Below, piece by piece: positions 48,044 through 56,083 of a stretch of 64,000 bases of DNA. Both the position numbers and the translations under genes were made by a program. Position 1 is the first letter of the stretch. Every line of letters begins with the position of its first letter. A model generated the notes under the pieces. It was given only the letters and a program-made list of their open reading frames with translations. It was not told where the DNA came from and ran no database searches. This DNA comes from an uncultured Thermoleophilia bacterium (GTDB lineage Bacteria > Actinomycetota > Thermoleophilia > UBA2241), in the NCBI GenBank assembly GCA_963814545.1, contig CAWFDC010000010.1, positions 3,786-67,785 of the forward strand, read 5' to 3'.

Positions 48044-48104
48044 GGTGGCACCGCCTTTCCAGGTGGTGCGAAACCCTCACACAGGCTGGAAAGCCGGTGC
48101 CACC
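48044..48104. repeat. 19-bp inverted repeat (1 mismatch) with a 23-nt spacer in the nuoM-wrbA intergenic region
   Basis: ggtggcaccgcctttccag (48044-48062) against ctggaaagccggtgccacc (48086-48104). Confidence 0.85.
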
Positions 48105-48127
48105 AAAAACTGGTTGAATATGAGCCT

Positions 48128-49574
48128 TTACCTGACCAAAGCCAGGACGCTGAATTGTGCCAGCAGGTGCTGCACCGGTTGCTCCAACAGACGCAAAGCC
48201 GGGCCGGGGTGCAAACCGAGAAACAGGATGGGTAGAGCCATGATCGTGAGAATGGCCACTTCCCGGGCGTTGACATCTACCCAGGTGTGCGTTGTTTTCG
48301 GTTCACCGAACAGGGTGTCTTTAACCATCCGCAGGATATAAATCACCGTAAAAATCAGTCCGCCGAAACTTAATATGCCGATAAGCGGCCGGGCCTCAAA
48401 GATGCCCACCAGGAGCAGGATTTCCCCCACGAAATTATTGAGCCCCGGCAAGCCCATGGAGGCCAGGGCAAAGAAGAGAAAGAAGACGCTGAAAATCGGC
48501 ATCCTGGCCCAGAGGCCGCCCAAATCTGCAAAATCCCGGGAATCGATCCGTTCGCCGATTATGCCCACCATGATGAAGAGCGCCGAAGTGGAGAGACCGT
48601 GGTTGACCATTTGCAGCAGCGACCCGTTCAAGGACAGGAGATTCCAGGTGGCGACGCCCACAACCATCAGGCTCATGTGGCCGATGCTGGAATAAGCCAC
48701 CAGGCGTTTGATATCGGTTTGGGCCAGGGCGATCCAGGAGGTAAAGAACATGCCCCCCAATCCCAAGGCAATGAGCAGCGGGATGGAGGCGTTGGCGGCC
48801 AGGGGAAAGAGCGGGAAAGCGAAGCGGAAAAATCCATAAAATCCGGTTTTCAAGAGTAAGCCGGCCAGATCCAGGCTGCCGGCCGTGGGGGCCTGGGTGT
48901 GAGCGTCGGGTAACCAGGTATGCAAAGGCACGATGGGAATTTTGATGGCAAACCCCAGCATAAAAGCCGCATAGAGCAAAATTTCCGTGGTGTAGCTAAA
49001 GTTCGTGTGCATTAACTGCACCACAGAAAAGGTATAGACTCCCGTCTGTTGCCCATGGAGCACATAGAGGGCCACCAGGGCGATGAGCATCGGCAGACTG
49101 CCGCATAAGGTGAACAAAACAAACTGACCGCGGCATAAACCCGCCGCTCATGGCCCCAGAGGCCCACCAGAAAAAACATGGGAATGATCTGGATTTCCCA
49201 AAAGAGGTAAAAGAGCAGGAGGTCGGTGGCCATGAACAGGCCCATGACGCTGGATTCCAAAAACAGCAGAAAGAAATGGAAGGAGCCTATCTTGGTCGTA
49301 ATGGCGCGCCAGGAGACGAGGGTGCAGAGGATGTTGATAAAGGCCGTGAGCAGCAGGAGCAGCTGGCTTATCCCATCCAGCCGCCAGACTGTAGCTGACC
49401 CCCAGGCTGGGAATCCAGGAGTAATCCTCCGCCAGCAGCCAAACCCCGGTAGGCCCCGGCCTGCGGTTGTAAGCCCAGAAATAATAAAGAGCTCACCAGG
49501 CTGAACTCCAGCAAGGTGGTCGTCAGACTGATCCAGCGACAGAGGAGAGGCCAGCGACTGCCGGTCGCCAGGGC
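48128..49574 (-). CDS. nuoM: NADH-quinone oxidoreductase subunit M, missing the first ~20 codons (block D/E join) and carrying about three frameshifts
   Basis: [111 protein letters not shown] and [12 protein letters not shown]. Frames change near 49475, 49375 and 49125. Confidence 0.85.
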
Positions 49575-49575
49575 C

Positions 49576-50181
49576 ATCCACGAAGGAGCCGTCGCGCTCG
49601 GCGACCGCCGGCCAGCCGGCGAGGGCCAGGACGGCGGCGGCGAGGTTCTCCTTGAGCGGGGCCTCGACCTGGACGCGCTCGGCGCGGTAGCCGCGGCGGT
49701 GCAGGCTCTCCCCCGACAGGTCGAGGGCGAGGTCGGCGCGCCCGCCCTCGAGGTGCACGTTGACGCGCACGTCCGGCCGGCGTGTGTCGACCGACGGCCG
49801 CGAGCCGGTCGCGGCGCGAAGCTGGTCGACGATGGCGTCCTTGGTCTTGAGGGCGCCGAAGCGCGTGTCGCGGATCGTGTCGCTCGTGCCGGTGAAGCTC
49901 ACTGCGAGTGTGGCGTCGGGCCCGAGGTGGTCGCGCCAGTCCACGGTCTGCACGCCGGCGTAGAGCTGGTCGGCCGAGGCGGCGGGGAAGCGCGCGAGCC
50001 CGAGGAGCACGCGGGTGGCCAGGCGTGACCAGAGACAGGCACGATAGCCGGTCTCCAGCGGACCCTCGAAGGAGGCTCCGCCGCGGGCTTCGCGGACGTG
50101 CGCCGCGCCGAGGGCGCGCAACTCGCTCGCAAGCGCTCGTTCGACGCCCCGGGGCGCCGTCGCGAAGAAGGCCAGGTCCAC
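49576..50181 (-). CDS. rlmL: THUMP-domain 23S rRNA methyltransferase (RlmL/RlmKL-like), N-terminal ~200 aa only
   Basis: FFATAPRGVERALASELRALGA..., THUMP-like middle, and GYRAERVQVEAPLKENLAAAVLALAGWP...DGSFVD. The sequence stops where the DP-x-CGSGT SAM motif is expected. Confidence 0.7.
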
Positions 50182-50430
50182 GCGGCAACGCTACCACGGG
50201 AGGGACGCGGAGCTGGCGCCGTCACGGCTGGGTGCCGGTGCGGCGCTTCGAGAGGGGGGCTCCGCCGCCGGCGGTCCGCAAGCCGTGCTCCGGCAGCGGT
50301 GACCCATGAGCCGTGCTCGGGCAGCGGCGGCCCGCGAACGGGTGGCGCCAGAGCGGGGTCACGGGGCGGGGGCTGGCGGCTGGCGTAGCTGGGGTAGTCT
50401 TGTCGTGGCGCGCGCACGCGCGCGACGGCG

Positions 50431-50910
50431 ATGAAGGGCAGCGATCGTGAGGAGGTCACCGTGAAGTACGCCAGCGCGACCCTCGGTCGTGCCCTGGTCG
50501 TCCGCCTCGAGGACGGGGACGTGGTCCACGAGTCGATCGAAGCGGCGGCGCGGGCCGAGGGCATCAGCCGCGCCGCCGTGCTCCTCCTCGGCGGCGCCGA
50601 CGACGGCAGTCGCGTGGTCGTCGGGCCGGAGGAGAGCAGAGCCGAACGCGTGGTGCCGATGGAACGCGTGCTTCAGGGCGCCCACGAGGTCGCCGGCGTG
50701 GGCACCATCTTCCCCGACGAGTCCGGGCAGCCGGTCCTCCACCTGCACGCGGCCTTCGGCCGCGACGACCAGGTGGTCGCCGGCTGCATCCGCAAGGGCG
50801 TGCTCACCTGGGTCGTCGGCGAGGCGATCGTGATCGAGCTGCTCGGCAGCGCCGCCGCCCGCCGCCTCGACCCCGCGACGGGCTTCGAGCTGCTCGACCC
50901 CGGCAGATAG
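50431..50910 (+). CDS. PPC (DUF296) domain protein
   Basis: RALVVRLEDGDVVHESIEAAARAEGISRAAVLLLGG...GVGTIFPDESGQPVLHLHAAFG...VVAGCIRKGVLTWVVGEAIVIEL is typical of the plants-and-prokaryotes-conserved domain. Confidence 0.7.
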   Translation: MKGSDREEVTVKYASATLGRALVVRLEDGDVVHESIEAAARAEGISRAAVLLLGGADDGSRVVVGPEESRAERVVPMERVLQGAHEVAGVGTIFPDESGQPVLHLHAAFGRDDQVVAGCIRKGVLTWVVGEAIVIELLGSAAARRLDPATGFELLDPGR

Positions 50911-50976
50911 AGCCGGCGCACCGGCGCGGGCGGGCCGCGGCAGGAAGCTGCCGGACGGCCGCATCGAGCCCGCCCG

Positions 50977-53046
50977 CTACCCCTCGTGCGCCGCGATCGC
51001 CTCGATGAACGCGTCGCCGTAGCGCTCGAGCTTGGCCTGGCCGACTCCGTTGACGCCCAGCAGGTCGACGTACGTGCCCGGCTTGCGGGCCGCCATCTCG
51101 GCCAGGGTCGCGTCGCTGAAGACCACGTAGGCGGGCACGCGCTGTTCGTCGGCGAGTCGCTTGCGCAGGGCGCGGAGGCGCGCGAAGAGGGCCTCGTCGA
51201 CCTCGAGGTCGGCGAGGCCGGCCACGCGCGCCGCGCGCTCGGTCGCGAGGCGCTGCTTCTTGGTGGGCACCCTGGTGCGCGGCTTGGCGAGGACGAGCCG
51301 CTCGTCGCCGTTGAGCAGGTCGCGGGCCTTGGGCGTGAGGCGCAGAGCCGAGTACTGGGCGATGTCCTGCACGAGGTAGCCGCGATGCACGAGCTGGCGG
51401 ATGAGGCTCACCCAGTGGTCGCGCTCGACCTCGGCGCCGATGCCGTAGGTGCTGACCTGGTCGTGGCCGTAGCGCAGGACCTTCTCGCTCTCGCTGCCGC
51501 GGAGGACGTCGACGACGTGGCCGATGCCGAAGCGCTGCCCCGTGCGGTAGACGCAGCTCAGCGCCATCTGCGCGTGCTCGGTGGCGTCGTAGGTCTCGGG
51601 AGGGTCGAGGCAGACGTCGCAGTTGCCGCAGTCGTGGCCGAGCTCTTCGCCGAAGTAGCCGAGGAGGGCGCGCCGGCGGCACGCGAGCGCTTCGGCCAGC
51701 CCGACCATGGCGTTGAGCTTGTGCAGCTCGACGCGTACCTGCTCGGGGTCGCGTTCGTACTCCGGGTCGCCCCAGCGCCCGCTGCTGCCGGAACTGCTGT
51801 CGCGGGACCCGCGGTCACCGTGCCCGCTGCCGCCGAGCCCGGCGCCGCCGAGCCCGTTGCCGCCGCGCCCGCCGTTGCCGCGCCGACCCCCGCCCTCGAC
51901 GAGGGAGCGCACGACGGCGGCGTCGCCGAGGCCGAAGAGGAGCAGCGCCTCGGCCGGCAAGCCGTCGCGCCCCGCGCGCCCCGTCTCCTGGTAGTAGCTC
52001 TCGATCGTCTTGGGCAGGTCGTAGTGGACGACGAAGCGCACGTCGCTCTTGTCGATGCCCATGCCGAAGGCGACCGTGGCGACCACGACGAGGACGTCGT
52101 CGCGGGCGAACGCGTCTTGCACGCGGCGGCGCTCGTCGTCGGGGAGGCCGGCGTGGTAGGCCGCGGCCGGGATGCCGGCCGCGGCGAGCTTGCCGGCCAC
52201 CTCCTCGGTGCGCTTGCGCGAGAGGCAGTAGACGATGCCGGACTCGCCCTCGTGCACGGCGAGGAACGCCTTGAGCTGGTGCAGCGGCTCGCGCTTCTCG
52301 ACGACGGTGTAGCGGATGTTGGGGCGGTCGAAGCCGGTGACGAACACGGGCGCGTCGGCGAGCCCGAGCCGCAGGCGCACGTCGTCGCGGGTCTGCGGGT
52401 CGGCCGTCGCCGTGCAGGCGAGCACGGGGACGCCGGGGAACAGCCCGCGCAGCTCGCCGAGCTGCACGTACTCGGGGCGGAAGTCGTGGCCCCACTGGCT
52501 GACGCAGTGCGCCTCGTCGATGGCGAAGAGGGCGATGCCCGGGGCGCCGCCGAGCCCGCGCAGCCGCTCGAGGAACGACGCGGTCATGAGCGTCTCGGGG
52601 GCGACGTACAGCAGGTCGAGCTCGCCGCCGTGGAGCTGCGCCAGCACGCGCCGTGCCTCCGGGCCCTCGAGGGACGAGTTGTAGGCCGCGGCGCTGACGC
52701 CGGCGGCCCGCAGCGCGTCGACCTGGTCCTTCATCAGCGAGATGAGCGGCGAGACGACGATGCCGGTGCCGGGGCGCAGCAGCGCCGGCAGCTGGTAACA
52801 GAGCGACTTGCCGCCGCCGGTCGGCATGAGCACGAAGGCGTCGCCGCCGGCCGCGACGCGCTCGACGATCTCGCCCTGGTGCGGGCGGAACTCGCGGAAG
52901 CCGAAGACGTCGCGCAGCGCGTCGAGGGCCGTGCGCGGCGCGGGAGCGCACGGTGCGGGAGCGCGCGGCGCGGCGGCAGGTGAGGCGTCGCCGCGCGCGG
53001 CGGGGCCGGGGGGGTCGGCGAGCGGGTGCGTCGGGTCGGGCGTCAC
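50977..53046 (-). CDS. recQ: ATP-dependent DNA helicase RecQ
   Basis: FGFREFRPHQGEIV, LMPTGGGKSLCYQLPAL, DEAHCVSQWGHDFRPEY, ALTATA-equivalent CTATA, YHAGL, TVAFGMGIDK, the Zn-finger CRRRALLGYFGE...CGNCDVC and a C-terminal HRDC-like VFSDATLAEMA. Confidence 0.95.
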   Translation of the reverse strand: MTPDPTHPLADPPGPAARGDASPAAAPRAPAPCAPAPRTALDALRDVFGFREFRPHQGEIVERVAAGGDAFVLMPTGGGKSLCYQLPALLRPGTGIVVSPLISLMKDQVDALRAAGVSAAAYNSSLEGPEARRVLAQLHGGELDLLYVAPETLMTASFLERLRGLGGAPGIALFAIDEAHCVSQWGHDFRPEYVQLGELRGLFPGVPVLACTATADPQTRDDVRLRLGLADAPVFVTGFDRPNIRYTVVEKREPLHQLKAFLAVHEGESGIVYCLSRKRTEEVAGKLAAAGIPAAAYHAGLPDDERRRVQDAFARDDVLVVVATVAFGMGIDKSDVRFVVHYDLPKTIESYYQETGRAGRDGLPAEALLLFGLGDAAVVRSLVEGGGRRGNGGRGGNGLGGAGLGGSGHGDRGSRDSSSGSSGRWGDPEYERDPEQVRVELHKLNAMVGLAEALACRRRALLGYFGEELGHDCGNCDVCLDPPETYDATEHAQMALSCVYRTGQRFGIGHVVDVLRGSESEKVLRYGHDQVSTYGIGAEVERDHWVSLIRQLVHRGYLVQDIAQYSALRLTPKARDLLNGDERLVLAKPRTRVPTKKQRLATERAARVAGLADLEVDEALFARLRALRKRLADEQRVPAYVVFSDATLAEMAARKPGTYVDLLGVNGVGQAKLERYGDAFIEAIAAHEG

Positions 53047-53224
53047 CGTCCGAGTCTAGCAAGGTTGACGGACGGCGCCGCCCTCACCGTCGCCGCCCGT
53101 GCGTCGCCGGCGCCCCAGTCACTGTTGACGCACCACCGTTGCGATGCTTGTATCCCGCCATCGGGGCCTGCCTTGTGCCTGCGCGCCCGGGGCGACAGTG
53201 CAGTCGACAGCAAAGGAGTCCGCC

Positions 53225-55063
53225 GTGTCTCGTCTTCGCCACCGCACCGTTCTTCTGCTCCTCCTCGCTGCCGTGCTCGTCGTGAGCCTCGCCGTCGGCC
53301 TGGCCGGCGCGCTGGCCGCCGACGAGAGCGCGGCGCCCGCGGACGGGAAGGTCGTCCTCGACGTCGGCTGGATGACCGACCCGGACAACCTGAACCCCTT
53401 CGTCGGCATCGAGCAGTCGTCCTACGAGCTCTACCACATCAGCTACGACTTCCTCACCGACTTCGGGCTCGAGTTCCTCGAGACGGTGCCCGGGTTGGCG
53501 GAGAGCTGGGAGTCGAGCGAGGACGGCCTGACCTGGACGTTCACGATCCGCGAGGGGGTGAAGTGGCACGACGGCGAGCCGCTGACCGCGAGCGACATCG
53601 CCTTCAGCTACGACTTCCAGATCGAGTACGAGCTGGGCAACTTCCTCTCGGCGCTCGACGGCATCGAGACCGTGACGGCGCCCGACGACACGACCGTCGT
53701 GATCCAGTGCTCGCGGCCGAAGGCCGACATCACGGCGATGTGGGTCCCGGTGGTCCCCGAGCACATCTGGGGCCAGTTCGAGAGCTACGAGGAGATCACC
53801 GAGTTCGCCAACACCCCGCCGATCGTCGGCTCGGGCCCCTTCCAGATCGTCGAGTGGGAGAAGGGCAACTACGTGCGCTGCGTGGCCAACGAGGGCTACT
53901 GGGGCGGCGCGCCCAAGGTCGACGAGGTCATCTTCCGCCGCTACTCGAACCAGGACACCTTGGCCCAGGACCTCAAGCTGGGGACGATCGACCTCGCCAT
54001 CAACGTCCCGCCGGCGCAGGTCGAGCCGCTGAACGCGGACCCGAACCTCGAGGCTGCGGCGTGCTCGCAGAAGGCCTTCGACTACCTCTCCTTCAACTGC
54101 TACGAGGGCGAGTCGCTCGGCAACCCCGCACTGCGCGACCCCGCCTTCCGCGCGGCGCTCAACTGGGCGGTCGACAAGGACGAGCTGGTGGCCATCGCCT
54201 ACCAGGGCCTCGCCGACCCGGCGGACACCTTCTTCGAGCGCGACTTCTACGACCCCGAGCTCGACTGGCACTGGACACCGCCGGCCGAGGCCGCCTTCGC
54301 CTTCGACCTCGAGAAGGCGAAGGCGGCGCTCGCCGACGCGGGCTACGCCGACACCGATGGCGACGGCGTCGTGAACGACCCGAACAACGGCGACGAGAAC
54401 ATCACCCTCCGCCTTTGGTCGCGGCGCGAGTCGCCCCAGAGCCAGGCGATGGGCAAGCTGATCACCGGCTGGTGGGAGGACATCGGCGTCGACATCAAGT
54501 ACTCGGTGCAGGACAACGGCGTCCTCATCGACGGCGGCTACAACTACGAGGGCGACACCTACAAGCCGGACTACGACATCTACATCTGGCAGTGGCAGCC
54601 GAGCGGCTCCGACCCCGGCCGCCGCTTGGGCTACTTCCGCAGCGTGCAGATCGAGAACCAGAACGACGCCTGCTGGTCGAACCCGGAGTACGACGCCCTC
54701 TGGGAGGCGCAGTCGCAGGAGCTCGACCCGCAGGCGCGCAAGGAGATCGTCTGGCGCATGCAGCAGGTCTTCTACGAGGAGTCGCCGTACATCATCCTCA
54801 CCTACCCTAAGACGCTGCAGGGCTGGAACACCTCGGCGTGGGAGGGCTGGACGCGGATCCCCGAGAACGGGGGCGCGGTCGCCTATCTGAGCGACAACGT
54901 GCAGAACTACGCGCTGGTCGCGCCGGCGAGCGCGGCGGAGGAGGAGAGCGGAGGCCTCGGCGGCGGCACCATCGTCCTGATCGTCGTGGTCGCGGCGGTC
55001 GTTGCCGGCCTCGTCGCCTGGCTCGTGCTGCGCTCGCGCGGCGGGCGGGCCGAGGAGGTCTGA
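53225..55063 (+). CDS. ABC-transporter solute-binding protein, family 5 (peptide/nickel type), with a C-terminal transmembrane anchor
   Basis: GTG 53225 lies 6 nt after aaggag. Signal peptide VSRLRHRTVLLLLLAAVLVV. LNPFVGIEQSSYELYHISYD, ESWESSEDGLTWTFTIREGVKWHDGEPLTA and VGSGPFQIVEWEKGNYV motifs. Tail GGGTIVLIVVVAAVVAGLVAWLVLRSRGG. The track ORF starts at 53144. Confidence 0.85.
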   Translation: MSRLRHRTVLLLLLAAVLVVSLAVGLAGALAADESAAPADGKVVLDVGWMTDPDNLNPFVGIEQSSYELYHISYDFLTDFGLEFLETVPGLAESWESSEDGLTWTFTIREGVKWHDGEPLTASDIAFSYDFQIEYELGNFLSALDGIETVTAPDDTTVVIQCSRPKADITAMWVPVVPEHIWGQFESYEEITEFANTPPIVGSGPFQIVEWEKGNYVRCVANEGYWGGAPKVDEVIFRRYSNQDTLAQDLKLGTIDLAINVPPAQVEPLNADPNLEAAACSQKAFDYLSFNCYEGESLGNPALRDPAFRAALNWAVDKDELVAIAYQGLADPADTFFERDFYDPELDWHWTPPAEAAFAFDLEKAKAALADAGYADTDGDGVVNDPNNGDENITLRLWSRRESPQSQAMGKLITGWWEDIGVDIKYSVQDNGVLIDGGYNYEGDTYKPDYDIYIWQWQPSGSDPGRRLGYFRSVQIENQNDACWSNPEYDALWEAQSQELDPQARKEIVWRMQQVFYEESPYIILTYPKTLQGWNTSAWEGWTRIPENGGAVAYLSDNVQNYALVAPASAAEEESGGLGGGTIVLIVVVAAVVAGLVAWLVLRSRGGRAEEV

Positions 55064-55130
55064 GCGGCGTGAACCGTGCCGCGATCGTGGGCCGGGTGAC
55101 GAAGGGTCGGCCCGCGTGAAATGAACGCGG

Positions 55131-55164
55131 GCGGGGGCGCGGCGCGGTGGCGCCGCGCCCCCGC
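55131..55164. terminator. Perfect 15-bp GC stem with a 4-nt loop between convergent genes
   Basis: gcgggggcgcggcgc ggtg gcgccgcgcccccgc. No U tract follows. Confidence 0.5.
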
Positions 55165-55350
55165 GCGGAGTGGGAGCGCGACGGGGGCGGGCCGAGAGGC
55201 CGCGCCCCCGCCCCAGTCGCTGCCCGCGACTCATCGAGCGGGCGATATCCGGCAATTTGAACGGCGAACGTGCAAGTTGCACCGTGTCGGCGCTGCCGAC
55301 GGACGGAGGAGTCCGTCCGGCCGAGCCGTCGAGGGCGTGCGGCTTCGGAC

Positions 55351-55710
55351 CTACTCGACTCGCTTGAGGAGGAGGGCGTTGCCCTCCTTGTAGAAGCGCA
55401 TGATGAGGTCCTCGCCCTTCATCTCGAGCACGATGGTCGGGTCGTCGAAGGGGGCGAACACCGCTTCGTCCTCCAGCTGCCCCTTGTAGGTCTTGTTGGG
55501 CAGCTCGATGGTGAACTCGTCACCGTCCCGGGTGACGGTGACGACGGCATCGCCCATCACGTCGCTGGTCCACTCGCCGACGAACTCGTCGCCCGGGTCG
55601 TCGCCGCATCCGGCGGCGAGGGCCAGGATCGCGACGACGATGACAGTGACGGCGACGGCGACCGCGATCGTCGGGAGATGTCTCGGGCGATGGCGAGTTG
55701 TGCGTGGCAT
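55351..55710 (-). CDS. Small lipoprotein, function unknown
   Basis: MPRTTRHRPRHLPTIAVAVAVTVIVVAILALAAGCGDD (lipobox), then a beta-rich ~85-aa domain. Confidence 0.55.
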   Translation of the reverse strand: MPRTTRHRPRHLPTIAVAVAVTVIVVAILALAAGCGDDPGDEFVGEWTSDVMGDAVVTVTRDGDEFTIELPNKTYKGQLEDEAVFAPFDDPTIVLEMKGEDLIMRFYKEGNALLLKRVE

Positions 55711-56023
55711 CGTGCCCCCAGGGGTCAGCATCGACGGTCCGGCCGCGTCACGCCTGCCGGACCGCTCCGAGGGAACATAGCGCAGGGTGCGCCCGGTGTC
55801 ACGGCCGGCGCGGCGCCTGCTGTGGCGACGCAGCGGGAGCCGCCGGGCCCGACAGGTGAAGGCTGTGAAGCACGAGGGGCGGGCCGCGAGGCCCAGCGCG
55901 AGAACGGCCTGGAACGCGAGGGGCGGGCCATGAGGCCCGCCCCTCGCCGCTTCCGCGCCCGTGCTCCGGCGCGGGGTGACGCTCTGCGTCCGCTCAGATC
56001 CCTAGCGCGGCCCGCTTCTCATT

Positions 56024-56061
56024 GATGCAGGGGGCGCACCTCGCGGCGCGCCCCCTGCATC
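56024..56061 (-). terminator. 14-bp perfect stem immediately downstream of the cooS stop
   Basis: gatgcagggggcgc (56024-56037) pairs with gcgccccctgcatc (56048-56061). It begins 23 nt after the TAG at 56084-56086. Confidence 0.5.
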
Positions 56062-56083
56062 GTCCGCTCGCGTGAGTGCTGGG

